Assembly: GCA_963814495.1 (NCBI GenBank) | Contig: CAWFDJ010000016.1 | Coordinates: 96,665-160,664, forward strand | Direction: 5' to 3' | Origin: an uncultured bacterium | Lineage (GTDB): Bacteria; Actinomycetota; Geothermincolia; Geothermincolales; Geothermincolaceae | DNA: 64,000 nt | Translations under genes and position numbers: made by a program | Part shown: one piece after another, positions 21,354 to 31,916 of the stretch | How positions within the stretch are numbered: position 1 is the stretch's first letter | How the letters are laid out: every line of letters starts with the position of its first letter | The notes under the pieces: generated by a model | What the model saw: only the letters and a program-made list of their open reading frames with translations | Database searches by the model: none | What the model was told of the DNA's origin: nothing

Positions 21354-23407
21354 ATGTTCTGCAACAGGTGCGGTACGGCCATCCGACCCGGAAAGGGCTT
21401 CTGCATGAACTGCGGGGCCCCGGCGCGGGGACGGGAACCTGCCGTCTCGCCGGTCGGCGCGGCGACCCCTTCCACCACCCCTCCCGGGCAGCCGGGAAAG
21501 CGGCCCCGCAAGTGGCTGGTGATCCTGGCCGCGGTCCTCTGCCCGCTGCTGGTATTGGGCGCGGTGCTGGGCGCCATGGCCATCTTCTCGTCGGAGGGCG
21601 GTGGGAGCGGGGGCGATGCGGAGGAGGGCGAGGCCGTCGATCTGGTGACCGGCCGCATCGAGACCGGCAGCCCGGTGGAAGTGGCCAGGCAGGTCGTCCC
21701 GGCCTCGGGCGGCACCCTGACGGTGGATGACGCGGGCAGCCCTTTGAAGGGCATGAGGCTGGAGGTGCCGGCCGGCTCCTACCCGGACGGCCGGGAGTTC
21801 ACCATCTCCGAGTCGACCATCACCGGCAACACCTTCGGCGGCGACTTCGAACCCGTCCTGCCCTTCATCGACATAGACAACGGCGGCGATTACTCGGAGC
21901 AGTTCATGCTGCTCAAGCTGCCGCTGGTGGAGGACGGGGACCACCTCTACTCGGCCTTCTTCTACGACGAGGAGAGCGGGGAGCTGGAGGGCATCCCGGT
22001 GGCGTCGTCGGACTCCGGGGGCGTGACCCTGGCCACCCGCCACTTCGCCAGGAAGGCTTCCAGGCGCTCCAACCGCATCATCGTCCTGGACCACAGCCGG
22101 AGTACCCTGGAGCGGAGTACCAGGCGGGGCATCTGGGTGCGCTTCAAGCCGGAGAACGACGGGTGGGCCGTTCAAGAACTTCAGCAACTATGCTGCGAGG
22201 GAGGGCGTCTGCGCGGGTATGAGCGTCTCCGCCATGTGGTACTTCTCGGAGAAAAAGAAGCGGGGAGCGCGCCGCCTCTGTACACGCCGTACAACAACGG
22301 CACCCCCGGGTTCGACCTCGACGACGTTGAGGGCATCAAGCTGTCGACGGCGGTGCAGCTGGACGTGGACTGGGACAAGCTCGAGGAGTCCCTCAACGCC
22401 AGCATGAACTCGAGCGATACCCGCAACTACCTGGCCATCGCCGACGACTTCGACGGGACCGGCAAGCCGGTCTTCTGGTGTCTGCTGGGCGGCAAGCCGG
22501 GAACCGGGCACGTGGTGGTGGCGTACAAGATCAAGGGGGACCGCGTCTACGTCTACGACTCGAACTTCCCGGGCGAGGAGCGTTACATCACTTACGAGGA
22601 CGGCAAGTTCCAGGCCCTACGAGGGTTTCCCAGCGACATCAATTACGTCGGCACCTGGTCCGTGGTGCCCAACAAGGTCGCGGACCGCTGGAAGGAGCTG
22701 GAGTCGGGCACCATCGGGGACGACCTCTTCCCCAAGTACGAGTTGTCGTTCGATTACACCGAATTCAGTGGGGGTGTCGAGCTGAGACCTGAGAGGAGAT
22801 GTCAGCGAAGACGACCTCCTCCAGCACGTTCGAGGATCAGGGTCAAGGCAGACCGATGCCAGCAAGCCGGTCACGTTAGACCTCGACTGTTACTGTTTAC
22901 AAGGGGACGGAACAGATACCGAGCAGCCGCAGACCGGCACTTACGCCCTGGATGTCGGGACGAACGGGCTGGGCCTGCTCATAGACGCAAAAGACACTGC
23001 GATACGAGTGGGCCGGTTGGAGACAGCGTGATCATCGAGCGCACCGGGGAGGAGGAGAAGAAGAAGCGGACGCCCACGGAACTCAGGAGGACCTACTACG
23101 GCACCGGGGAGCTGTACGAGGAGTACTACAGCTACTTCGACGAGAACGGCCAGGAGGTCTACGACGGCTCGTGGAAGAGCTACCTGGAATCGGGCATCCT
23201 GGCCCAGGATGCCACTTACGTGGACGGCAAGCTGGAGGGAACTTCGCGACCATCTACTTCGACAACGGCAAGCCGGACCGGACCTGGACCTACAAGGACG
23301 GCAAGCTGGAAGGCACCATGACCGGGTACCGGCGGGACGGCACCGTCGAACACACCTGCGAATACGTGGATGACTCGGTGGTGCCCGGAAGCGACAAGTG
23401 GTACTGA
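21354..23407 (+). CDS. Zinc-ribbon membrane protein with large extracytoplasmic region and MORN/YwqK-like C-terminal repeats (at least 3 frame changes)
   Basis: CNRCGTAIRPGKGFCMNCG. TM segment WLVILAAVLCPLLVLGAVLGAMAIF. C-terminal repeats YFDENGQEVYDGSWKSY and YFDNGKPDRTWTYKDGKLEG. Frame changes near 22160, 22790 and 23230. Confidence 0.55.
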
Positions 23408-23428
23408 CCCGGTGAAGGGAGGCCGACA

Positions 23429-24064
23429 ATGGCGGACGAGGTCACCATCATCTCCTGCGGCACCTTGCGGGAGGACCTGGAGACACTGCGGGACGAGGGC
23501 GCGCTGGAGGGCGTGAGGCTGGTCTTCACCGAGCGCTGCCTGAAGGAGCGGCCCCGGGAGCTCGCGAAGCAGCTCACGGCGGAGCTGGAGGGGGCGCGGA
23601 GGGAGGGAGGCAAGGTGCTCGTCGTCTACGGCGACGCCTGCTTCTATGACGGTTCGGACCCGGAACGCGACATCGACCGCCTCATCGGGGAGACACTGGC
23701 GGGGTGCGAGAGGGTCAGGGAGCACAGCTGCATCGAGATGATGCTCTCCCCCGGCGACAAGGAAGCCCTGGGCGGCGGCCAGAAGGCCTACTGGCTGATG
23801 CCGGCCTGGATGGAGGACCGGGACGACGTCTACTTCCAGTGGGACCTGGGCAAGCGCAACCAGACCTTTCCCCAGAACGACGTGGCCCTGATGCTGGACA
23901 GCCGGGGACATTTCGCGCGCCTGATGGAGGAGAGCCCGGAGACCATCCTGGAGTTCTCCGACTGGATGGGGCTGGCCCTGGACGCGCGGGACATCACCCT
24001 CGACAGGTTCCGGGACCTGGTGCTCGCCGCGCTGGCGAAGCTGCGGGGCGGCGAGCCGGGGTAG
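23429..24064 (+). CDS. DUF1638-like protein (intact)
   Basis: 211-aa ORF after GGGAGG. Family assignment from memory of the overall pattern only. Confidence 0.45.
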   Translation: MADEVTIISCGTLREDLETLRDEGALEGVRLVFTERCLKERPRELAKQLTAELEGARREGGKVLVVYGDACFYDGSDPERDIDRLIGETLAGCERVREHSCIEMMLSPGDKEALGGGQKAYWLMPAWMEDRDDVYFQWDLGKRNQTFPQNDVALMLDSRGHFARLMEESPETILEFSDWMGLALDARDITLDRFRDLVLAALAKLRGGEPG

Positions 24065-24076
24065 CCGGACGCAACG

Positions 24077-24847
24077 CTACTCGACGCCGCCGCGCTGGCG
24101 GAGGAGGTCCGCCGTGGAAGCGTTCCCCTTCACCAGGGCCGCGGTGAGGGGGGTCGCGCCGTCGACGTCCCGGGCGTTGACGTCCGCCCCCCGGTCCAGC
24201 AGCAGCGTCGCGATGTCGTTGCTGCCCGCGCCGGCCGCGAAATGCAGGGCCGTGTTGCCCTTGTCGGTGCGCACGTTGACGTCCTCCCCCCGGTCGAGCA
24301 GGAGCGCGATGGAGCGCGCGGAGTTGTAGTTCGCCGCCACGTGCAGCGGGGTCCAGCCGTCCTTGTCCCGCGCGCTCACCTCGGCCCCGCGGTCGAGCAG
24401 GAGCTTCCCCACCGGGGATAAGTCCCATTCCGTGGACCAGTGCAGCGGGGTCCTGCCGTACTCGTCCCGCGCGTCCACCGCGGCGCCCCGGTCCAGCAGG
24501 AGCGACGCCGTGTCCAGGCCGCCGGTTTCCGCGGCCAGGGCCAGCGGGGTCCTCTGGTCGGAGAGCCGCGCGTCCACCTCGGCCCCCTGGTCCAGCAGGA
24601 GCGCCGCGATCTCCGGGTAGCCCTTCTTCGCCGCCCAGTGCAGCGGGGTCCATCTGGTGCTGTCTGGCGCGCCGGCGTCCGCCCCCGCATCGAGCGCCTG
24701 CTCCACTCCCTCGAGGTCTCCCGCCTGGACCGCCTCGAAGATATCGGGGGCCTTGGCGGAACCGTTCCCGCCAGCCTGGCTGCCACATCCGGTGGCGGCC
24801 AGCAGGAGCGTCAACGCCAGGACGGACAGGGCCATGGTTTTCTTCAT
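24077..24847 (-). CDS. Ankyrin-repeat lipoprotein (intact)
   Basis: MKKTMALSVLALTLLLAATGC lipobox. Repeated TPLHWAAKKGYPEIAALLLDQGAEVDA-type units. Confidence 0.85.
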   Translation of the reverse strand: MKKTMALSVLALTLLLAATGCGSQAGGNGSAKAPDIFEAVQAGDLEGVEQALDAGADAGAPDSTRWTPLHWAAKKGYPEIAALLLDQGAEVDARLSDQRTPLALAAETGGLDTASLLLDRGAAVDARDEYGRTPLHWSTEWDLSPVGKLLLDRGAEVSARDKDGWTPLHVAANYNSARSIALLLDRGEDVNVRTDKGNTALHFAAGAGSNDIATLLLDRGADVNARDVDGATPLTAALVKGNASTADLLRQRGGVE

Positions 24848-24881
24848 GGTCTCCTCGCTTCCGGTGCCGGTTTTATAGATT

Positions 24882-24969
24882 TGGCGGAGAGGGGGGGATT
24901 TGAACCCCCGGGACCTTACGGCCCAACGGTTTTCGAGACCGCCCCATTCGGCCACTCTGGCACCTCTCC
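24882..24969 (-). tRNA. tRNA-Ser (anticodon CGA), CCA encoded
   Basis: GGAGAGGTGCCAGAGTGG...GCGGT-CTCGAAA-ACCGT, a long variable arm, ...GGTTCAAATCCCCCCCTCTCCGCCA. Confidence 0.9.
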
Positions 24970-24999
24970 GCCGATTATTATATAGTGCGGAGGTGCGCT

Positions 25000-25089
25000 C
25001 AAGCCAGCGGCCGTCCCAACTCCCTGCCCATGCCGGAAGACGCCCCGGTGACGACGGCCTTGCGGCCCCTGAGAACGTACTTCTTCATG
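25000..25089 (-). pseudogene. 29-codon N-terminal stump of an SDR gene
   Basis: RBS GGAGGGGAGG, then MKKYVLRGRKAVVTGASSGMGRELGRPLA and a stop. Only the TGxxxGxG start remains, 30 nt from tRNA-Ser. Confidence 0.55.
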
Positions 25090-25130
25090 CTCGGCCTCCC
25101 CTCCTCCAGCTTGACCTCTCCATACACGCC

Positions 25131-25928
25131 TTAACTGTAAACGTCTTTGAAGTACTCGTTGCAGCCCGCCATGATGAAGGACATCCGGCCTCCCTCAATG
25201 CCGGCCGCTATGAGAAGGGACAGGACGGCCAGGACGCTGTCTTTAGTGAAGAAATAGAATGCCAGGCCGTTGAGTACATGGGCCGCGCTCCCTACCGCCC
25301 AGACGGGAAGAAACATGCAGAGGACTCGACGGTACTGCTGCCTGACTGATTCGACACTCTCCCGCATAGTGTCACCGGCTCTGTCTTCCGAATCCTTCCC
25401 GGCAAGGATGGCCAGCTGGGGGCTGAGGCAGATACGCACGATAAGAAGAGCGCTCAAGAGATTCACAATGAAGTAAGCGGCGTAGGAGGAGAAGATGAAG
25501 ACCGGTGCCTCACTGCCGTAGTACAAGAACACCGGTATAAGACCGAGCGTGAAAGGGATCGCGAACACCATTGAATAGAGGTATTGAAAGAGCCAGAACC
25601 TGCAGGCAAGCCTGGTGTAATACCCCTTCGCGCCGCTCAGGCATTCTCTCCACAGCATGAACAGGTCACTCAGCGGTGAGCGCTCTTCCAGGCCATAAGC
25701 CAGGGCCGCGAGGCACCAGGACAAGAAGAAGATCGCGAAGCAGAGGATCTCTGCCGGCAGAAACAGCGCGAAGTTGAGCAAGGGATTCACCCGGTAACCC
25801 CCACTGAGGAGGTAGTTGGAGAAGGCCCACGGTAGCCCGGCGAAGGAGAGCCACAGCCATACGCGGGGCTGGCTGCGCCACGCGTCGAATGCCTTGCCCG
25901 TCAGGCCTGTTTGTTTACCCTGTTTCAT
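25131..25928 (-). CDS. Polytopic membrane protein, no family recognised; lower G+C
   Basis: C-terminal 266 codons of ORF 25131..26195 from MKQGKQTGL. Multiple hydrophobic segments. Confidence 0.55.
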   Translation of the reverse strand: MKQGKQTGLTGKAFDAWRSQPRVWLWLSFAGLPWAFSNYLLSGGYRVNPLLNFALFLPAEILCFAIFFLSWCLAALAYGLEERSPLSDLFMLWRECLSGAKGYYTRLACRFWLFQYLYSMVFAIPFTLGLIPVFLYYGSEAPVFIFSSYAAYFIVNLLSALLIVRICLSPQLAILAGKDSEDRAGDTMRESVESVRQQYRRVLCMFLPVWAVGSAAHVLNGLAFYFFTKDSVLAVLSLLIAAGIEGGRMSFIMAGCNEYFKDVYS

Positions 25929-25999
25929 AGCGACATGACGAAGGACAGGGGTTTCCGGCAGGAGCAGCGCATCGCTCAAACACCGACACCACGTATATC

Positions 26000-26446
26000 C
26001 TATCTCTTCCCGTCGAAGAAGCCGGCCAGCAGGGCGCGGCACTCCTCCTCGCAGATGCCGTCCACTACCTCCAGCCGGTGGGGCAGGCGGGGATCGCGCA
26101 CCAGGTCGAAGACGGTGCCGGCGGCTCCCGCCTTGAAGTCGCGGACCCCGTAGACCAGGCGGCGCAAGCGCGCCTGGGCCAGGGCCCCCGCGCACATGGG
26201 GCAGGGCTCGAGGGTGACGTAGATGTCGCAGTCGTCCAGGCGCCAGCCGCCCAGGGATTCCGCCGCGGCGCGCAGGGCCAGCATCTCGGCGTGGGCCAGG
26301 GGGTCGCCGTCCTCCTCGCGGCGGTTGTGGCCGCGGGCGACGACTTCGCCGTCTCTTACGATCACGCAGCCCACCGGCACGTCGCCGTGCTCGATGGCCA
26401 GCTTCGCCTCCTCGATGGCGGCCAGCATCAGTTCCCGCTGCTCCAT
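26000..26446 (-). CDS. tadA: tRNA-specific adenosine deaminase
   Basis: 148 aa with HAEMLAL and PCPMCAGAL zinc motifs, of TadA-typical length. Confidence 0.85.
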   Translation of the reverse strand: MEQRELMLAAIEEAKLAIEHGDVPVGCVIVRDGEVVARGHNRREEDGDPLAHAEMLALRAAAESLGGWRLDDCDIYVTLEPCPMCAGALAQARLRRLVYGVRDFKAGAAGTVFDLVRDPRLPHRLEVVDGICEEECRALLAGFFDGKR

Positions 26447-26481
26447 ACGCGTCCTTTCGTGCGCTCCTACCGTTAATTCAC

Positions 26482-26550
26482 TTTGGGGTCAGGCCCCAAA
26501 TTTAGTCCTAGTCTGTCTATCGTAAAGTAAATTTGGGGCCTGACCCCAAT
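26482..26550. repeat. Pair of 21/22-nt inverted repeats, each itself a hairpin (TTTGGGG-TCAGG-CCCCAAA)
   Basis: TTTGGGGTCAGGCCCCAAATTT (26482-26503) versus AAATTTGGGGCCTGACCCCAAT (26529-26550). A partial copy TGGGGTCAGGCC is at 29929-29940. Confidence 0.7.
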
Positions 26551-26551
26551 T

Positions 26552-27025
26552 TTAGGAGAAGTAGGGTTTGAACTCGGCGGGGGTGGGCATGACCCGGAAG
26601 GTGGCGTGGGCTTCCGCCACCACCTTGCCCGCGGAGTCCTTCACCTTGGTGTCCACCGTCTTGTCCGCCTTGCCGGAGGCGAGGACCTCCTCCATGACCG
26701 CGGCGAACTCGTCCGCGGTGACCCGCGCCGTGCAGGTCAGTTCACCCCTGGGCATGGCGACGAAGCGGATGTTGAGCACGGTGTTGAGGATGATGTATTC
26801 GGAGGGGTCGAGATACTCGAGCAAGGCCGAGCCCGTCGCCGTCTCCGTCAGGCCGCAGATGGCGCCGGCGTGCACCAGCCCGAAGGCGTTCAGGTTCTCC
26901 CGCGAGTCCTCCAGGGCCATGACCACCCGGCCCTCTTCCTTCTCCACCGTGAGCATGCGCATCTGGCTGCGCTGGGCGTAGGGGCACCGCTGCTCCACCA
27001 TGCCGACGAGATCTTCCCGCTCCAT
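26552..27025 (-). CDS. PaaI/hotdog-fold thioesterase
   Basis: NAFGLVHAGAICGLTETATG motif. Start at MEREDL. Confidence 0.7.
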   Translation of the reverse strand: MEREDLVGMVEQRCPYAQRSQMRMLTVEKEEGRVVMALEDSRENLNAFGLVHAGAICGLTETATGSALLEYLDPSEYIILNTVLNIRFVAMPRGELTCTARVTADEFAAVMEEVLASGKADKTVDTKVKDSAGKVVAEAHATFRVMPTPAEFKPYFS

Positions 27026-27298
27026 ACCGGCCCACCTCCTGTTAAACGTCACAAGAACAACACCCAACAGTTGCATGAAAGTAACATTGCCCTGCTTTCA
27101 CATATTATCACTGATAAACAGGGGTTTGAAGGGAGAACAGGCGCCTGAAAGGCGCTTTCCATGTTGACACTCTTCCGCCGGATTATTGTAGAATGAGTTA
27201 GGTTACCAGTGTGTTTACCAGCAAGGCAGTTGTTCCTGCCACAAGCAACCGCGACACCAAGACCACGAGTAATAGATGACGATGGGAGGGCTATATCC

Positions 27299-29920
27299 AT
27301 GAGGAAGCGCGGGAGTCATCTCCGGGTCATCCTGGCATGCCTGTTGCTCCTCGCGGCCTTCACCGTCTTCAGCGGCTGCAACGAGGTCCTCTTCCAGGAA
27401 CCGGTGGCCGGCACCGTCTGCCGCTACGACTTCACCTCCACCGCCGACGGGCTCAACCTTCCCTGCAGCGTCTACCTGCCCAGCGGCTACAGCGCCGCCA
27501 AGGCTTACCCGGTCTGGCTGGAGCTCCACTCGGTCTACGCCTATCCCATCGTCAACAACGACCCCAACAACCCCTTCTCCAACGAGATGAAGAAGCTGGC
27601 CGACGCCAAAGGGTGGATCATCCTGGCTCCCTGGGGCCGCAACCTGCACAGCATGTACATGGACGGCGTGAGCAAGGACTCCGGGGCCAACGCGGAACCG
27701 GACATCACCGACAACATGTCCTCCCTCACCAACTGGACCGCGTCCGGTGGCCACTGGACCACCCAGTCGGGCGGCTGCGTCCGCCAGTCCGACCAGACCG
27801 CCCTCTGGAAGGAACTGGTCCGCTCGGGCTCGAGCGGGGCCGACTATTCCATCCGGGTCAGGGCGCGCGAGATCGGCCGCACCGGCAACCTGAGCGCCTT
27901 CGGGGTCAACTTCCGGCACACCGCGACGGGCGAGTTCTACCACGTGGACCTGGCCACCGACACCTCTTCCGGCGTCGCCCACAAGTACGTGCGCATGTAC
28001 CGCTACGCGCAGGGCCAGTGGAACCTGATGTACCAGATCGAGAACGACTGGAACCCCATCACCGCCGGCGAGACCTGGATCGACCTGAAGGTCAACGACT
28101 ACGCCGGCTACATCGAGGTCTACGTCAACGACCAGATCATCAACATGCAGCCCAACTACGACTCCACCCCCTACGGCTACGGGAGGTTCGCTCCCGACCT
28201 GCCGGTGGCGGGCGAGGTGTCCCTGGCCAGTTTCGGCGGGGCCCACGAGTTCGACCAGTTCCGGGTACAGAACGAGTACGAGTACGGCGAGCGGGACATC
28301 ATGGACTGCCTCAACCAGGCCGCCGAGAAGTACAACCTGGACGAGAACCGCGTCTACCTGGCCGGCCACTCCATGGGCGGCCTGGGCGCGTACACCATCG
28401 GCCTGCACCACCCCGGCGTCTTCGCCGCCGCCAGCGCCTCCGACGCCCTCTCCGACCTCGTCTACGACTACAACTTCTTAAAGGACTACTTCCCCCGCAA
28501 CCCCGGCTCCCCCTATGCCGACGTCAACGACGGCCAGATCACCGACTACCTGCGCACCATCAACGGAGAGGAGCACAACCTCTCCGCCACCCTGGACAAC
28601 GCGCTGATGAAGGACAACAGCGCCCGCTACATCCTGGAGAACGCGGCCAACCTCCCCCTCCACATCGTGCACGGGGGTAAGGACGGCACCATCCCCAATT
28701 CCTACGACCCGGTCACCGTGAGCTGGTGGGCCCCCTGGTTCTTCCTGTGGGGGCAGACCGCCGCCCCCGCCCCTTACTCGCCGTACACGCCCACCTACGC
28801 CAACGGCAAGGTCATCTACGACCTGCTGACGAGCTGGTCCGGCACGGGCGCCTATTCCGGCGACTACGTGACCGACCCCGATGCCGGGCACGGGTACATG
28901 GAACCCTACACCGACACCGGTGCGTACTTCACCGACAAGACGCTGGCGCGCTACCCCACCCAGGTGGCCTACAAGACCTACGACGACGCGGAGAACACCT
29001 CCTACTGGATGAAGATGAAACGCTACACCGGGGCCGGGAACGAGCCGGGGATGGCCCGGGTCAGCTTCAACAAGGCCGCCAACACGGTGAGCGCGCACGC
29101 GAAGAACGTGGAGCAGCTGTCGCTCGACTGCAGGCGCATGGAACTGGACGCCGGGGCCGGCAAGACCATCACCGTCAGCCTGGACACCAACCTTACCCCG
29201 GTGAACATGCCGGTCAACGACACGCTGGGAAAGACCACCCTGGTGCTGACCCACGCCTGGCCCAACCCGGCCGGCATCAAGGTGAGGCTGGACGGCACGC
29301 TGCTGGTGGCCGGCACCGGTTACACCTGGCAGGACCAGACCCTGACGGTGCCGAACATCTCGCTTGCCTCGGCGCGGACGCTGACCGTCGAGGCCCCCGC
29401 CAGCGTGGCTCCGAACCTGCTGGCCAACCCCTCCTTCGAGACGGCCAATGCCGACGGCACCCCGGCCAACTGGACCAGCGGCCTGGAAGCGGGCGGCACG
29501 GCTGTCTTCGAGCGCAACCTGATGCAGACGCACGCCGGCAGCGCTTCGGCCAGGGTGAAGAACCCCGCCCCCGGCGGCTCCCCCTACGTGAGCAGCTGGA
29601 ACCAGGCGGCGAGCGGCATCACCGCGGGCAAGCAGTACGCGCTCTCCTGCTTCTACAAGACGCGCATGCTCAAGGGCGCCTCGGTGCGCATGGAGATCGC
29701 CTGGCTCAACTCGTCCGGCGGCACCATCTCCACCAGCACCTCATCGACGGTGTCCGACACGGGATACTCCAACCGGGACTGGGCCCAGCTCTACCTCAAG
29801 GCCCAGGCGCCCACCGGCGCGGTGTCGGCGCGGGTCAAGCTGGAGACGGTGGGGTCATCGGCCGGGGCCGGCTCGGGCAGCGTCTTCTTCGACTCAGCCT
29901 CGCTCTTCGCCCTCCCCTGA
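27299..29920 (+). CDS. Secreted lipoprotein: alpha/beta-hydrolase (esterase) with inserted jelly-roll-like module and C-terminal CBM-like domain (intact, 873 aa)
   Basis: RBS GGGAGGG. Lipobox FTVFSGC. GxSxG in LAGHSMGGLGAY. HGGKDGTIP. C-terminal NLLANPSFE...WTSG... beta-sandwich pattern. Confidence 0.7.
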   Translation: MRKRGSHLRVILACLLLLAAFTVFSGCNEVLFQEPVAGTVCRYDFTSTADGLNLPCSVYLPSGYSAAKAYPVWLELHSVYAYPIVNNDPNNPFSNEMKKLADAKGWIILAPWGRNLHSMYMDGVSKDSGANAEPDITDNMSSLTNWTASGGHWTTQSGGCVRQSDQTALWKELVRSGSSGADYSIRVRAREIGRTGNLSAFGVNFRHTATGEFYHVDLATDTSSGVAHKYVRMYRYAQGQWNLMYQIENDWNPITAGETWIDLKVNDYAGYIEVYVNDQIINMQPNYDSTPYGYGRFAPDLPVAGEVSLASFGGAHEFDQFRVQNEYEYGERDIMDCLNQAAEKYNLDENRVYLAGHSMGGLGAYTIGLHHPGVFAAASASDALSDLVYDYNFLKDYFPRNPGSPYADVNDGQITDYLRTINGEEHNLSATLDNALMKDNSARYILENAANLPLHIVHGGKDGTIPNSYDPVTVSWWAPWFFLWGQTAAPAPYSPYTPTYANGKVIYDLLTSWSGTGAYSGDYVTDPDAGHGYMEPYTDTGAYFTDKTLARYPTQVAYKTYDDAENTSYWMKMKRYTGAGNEPGMARVSFNKAANTVSAHAKNVEQLSLDCRRMELDAGAGKTITVSLDTNLTPVNMPVNDTLGKTTLVLTHAWPNPAGIKVRLDGTLLVAGTGYTWQDQTLTVPNISLASARTLTVEAPASVAPNLLANPSFETANADGTPANWTSGLEAGGTAVFERNLMQTHAGSASARVKNPAPGGSPYVSSWNQAASGITAGKQYALSCFYKTRMLKGASVRMEIAWLNSSGGTISTSTSSTVSDTGYSNRDWAQLYLKAQAPTGAVSARVKLETVGSSAGAGSGSVFFDSASLFALP

Positions 29921-30012
29921 CCTTTACCTGGGGTCAGGCCTTGAATGTTTACCTCTTCGCATAAAGGGTATCGCCCCCGCCTTGACGTATAAATTCATCG
30001 AGAGAAAGGCGG

Positions 30013-31023
30013 GTGGTACGCATGCCCCGTTTCAGTCACCATTTCCACGGCAGTGAGGTCACGCAGGAGGACCTGGACTGGCTGCAGGACAAGCTGCTCT
30101 TCGACCGCGTCCCCGTGCACCAGCGCTACCTGCGGTTCTTCGTGCTGCTGTTCCTCTCGGTGATCATCGCCACCTACGGCGTGCTGGGCGACTCCACCGC
30201 CACGGTCATCGGCGCAATGATCGTGGCGCCCCTGATGACCCCGATCATGGCCGTCTCCCTGAGCGTCGTCAGCGGCGACGAACGCAACATCGTCCGCTCC
30301 CTCCTGACCGTAGCGGTGGGTACGGGCATGGCCGTACTGCTGGCATACCTCTTGACCAAACTCGTACCGGGCCAGACCCTGGTGCTCGACAATTCCCAGA
30401 TAACCTCCCGGGTCTCCCCCGGCCTCCTCGACCTGGTCATCGCCCTGGCCGCGGGCGCGGCGGGCGCCTTCGCCACCGGCCGCGAGGACGTCTCCGACGC
30501 CCTGCCCGGCGTGGCCATAGCGGTATCCCTGGTGCCGCCCCTTTCCGTGGTGGGCGTCTGCCTGGCCGACGGTCTGTACCCCGACGCCTTCGGCGCCTTC
30601 CTCCTCTTTCTCACCAACTTCCTGGCCATCGTCATGGCTGGGCTCCTGGTCTTCGCGGCCATGGGATACGGGGGAGCCGCCAGGGAAGCCGCCAGGAAGA
30701 AGGCGCGCCTCCGGGCCACCATCGTCATCGTCGTAGCCATCGTCATCGTCGCCGTCCCCCTGGGCATCGCCAGCCACCGAGTGGCGGTGAACGAATTCCT
30801 CAAGGACTCCGCCAGGGAAGCGGTGGACAATTGGTTGGACGGCACCAGCTTCGAGGTCTATTCCCTGCAGGCCGACGGCAAGGAGGTCGATCTGATAATC
30901 GCAGGCACCGGAGAACCCCCTCCGCTGGAAGCTCTTCTGCAGGAACTGGGCGGGAGAGAAAAAGGCGTGGAGGTCACGGTCCGGGTGATCCAGGAGCAGA
31001 AGCTCAACGGGTTCACCGACTAG
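30013..31023 (+). CDS. DUF389-like integral membrane protein (intact)
   Basis: IGAMIVAPLMTPI and PGVAIAVSLVPPL repeats with a soluble C-terminal tail. Confidence 0.6.
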   Translation: MVRMPRFSHHFHGSEVTQEDLDWLQDKLLFDRVPVHQRYLRFFVLLFLSVIIATYGVLGDSTATVIGAMIVAPLMTPIMAVSLSVVSGDERNIVRSLLTVAVGTGMAVLLAYLLTKLVPGQTLVLDNSQITSRVSPGLLDLVIALAAGAAGAFATGREDVSDALPGVAIAVSLVPPLSVVGVCLADGLYPDAFGAFLLFLTNFLAIVMAGLLVFAAMGYGGAAREAARKKARLRATIVIVVAIVIVAVPLGIASHRVAVNEFLKDSAREAVDNWLDGTSFEVYSLQADGKEVDLIIAGTGEPPPLEALLQELGGREKGVEVTVRVIQEQKLNGFTD

Positions 31024-31034
31024 CGGGTAATCTC

Positions 31035-31875
31035 TTATAGGGAGGCGCGCTCGAACCCTTCCGTCTCCGGCAGGTACAGCTTCAGCTCGCGGGTCTCGTC
31101 CAGCCGCAGGACCACCGCGCCGGTGCGGCAGTCCAGCACGTGCCCGGCATGCTTCCCGTCCTCCGAGATGAAGTGGAGGTGGTAACCCGCCGGGTCGATG
31201 GTCCCCACGTAGGAGGGGCTGTAGAAGCCGATCATGGTGCCGCGGACGCCTTCGAGCTCCCATACCGTCTGCTGTGCCACCACCTGTGAGAGGGGCGGGT
31301 ACGGCGGCTGCGAGGCGGGGACGCTGCGTATCTTCAGGTAGGAAAAATCGCCGTCCACCCGCACCGCGTAGAAGAAGTTGGGCGTCGGCAGCAGGCCGGT
31401 GACGAACTGCTGCAGGCCGGCGTAGTCCAGCCCGGCTGCAGGGGCGCCGGACAGGTCGTTGTCGAAGAAGGTGACCAGAGCGAAGGGGGCCATCTGGGTG
31501 CCGCTCACTTCCACCGGTACACCGTCGGTGCGCACCTGGTAGAATTTACCATCTACCGCCACCATCTCGCCGTCCAACCCGGTGAAGGAGCCGATGCCGC
31601 AGTCGCCGCGCTGCTCCAGGTCGGAGTATTCCACCACTCCGCTCGAACACCCCGACGTTGAGGGCGCCGATGGTGGAGACCTGGTAGAGGATGTCGCGCT
31701 GCGGCGCCGGGGCAACCATTTCCGTCTCCGCCTGGTCGCCGCATGACACCCCGGCCAGCAGCATGGCGCACATCACCAGGCCAATCACCAGGACAGACGC
31801 GTAACGGCTCTGGTCCCCATCTGACTTCAGGTTCGTACTCGTTGTGAAATGCCGCTGGTTCCCGTTCTGCTTCAT
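31035..31875 (-). CDS. Acetolactate decarboxylase family protein with N-terminal lipobox (frameshift near 31640)
   Basis: LYQVSTIGALNVGVFE, GDCGIGSFTGLDGEMVAVDGKFYQV, HLHFISEDGKHAGHVLD, and LLAGVSCG. Confidence 0.7.
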
Positions 31876-31893
31876 ATCCGTGTCCTTTAAAAA

Positions 31894-31916
31894 GTGATGG
31901 TGCCTGGCACCGTCAC
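31894..31916. repeat. Palindrome GTGATGGTGCCTGGCACCGTCAC (family copy 1)
   Basis: Shares the GGTGCCTGGCACC centre with 53581-53603 and 55937-55953. Confidence 0.7.

Noticed and set aside
24114-24985. Several + strand ORFs with repetitive SSRS/TSAPRSS sequences
   Set aside because: They are antisense translations of the ankyrin repeats of the minus-strand lipoprotein gene.
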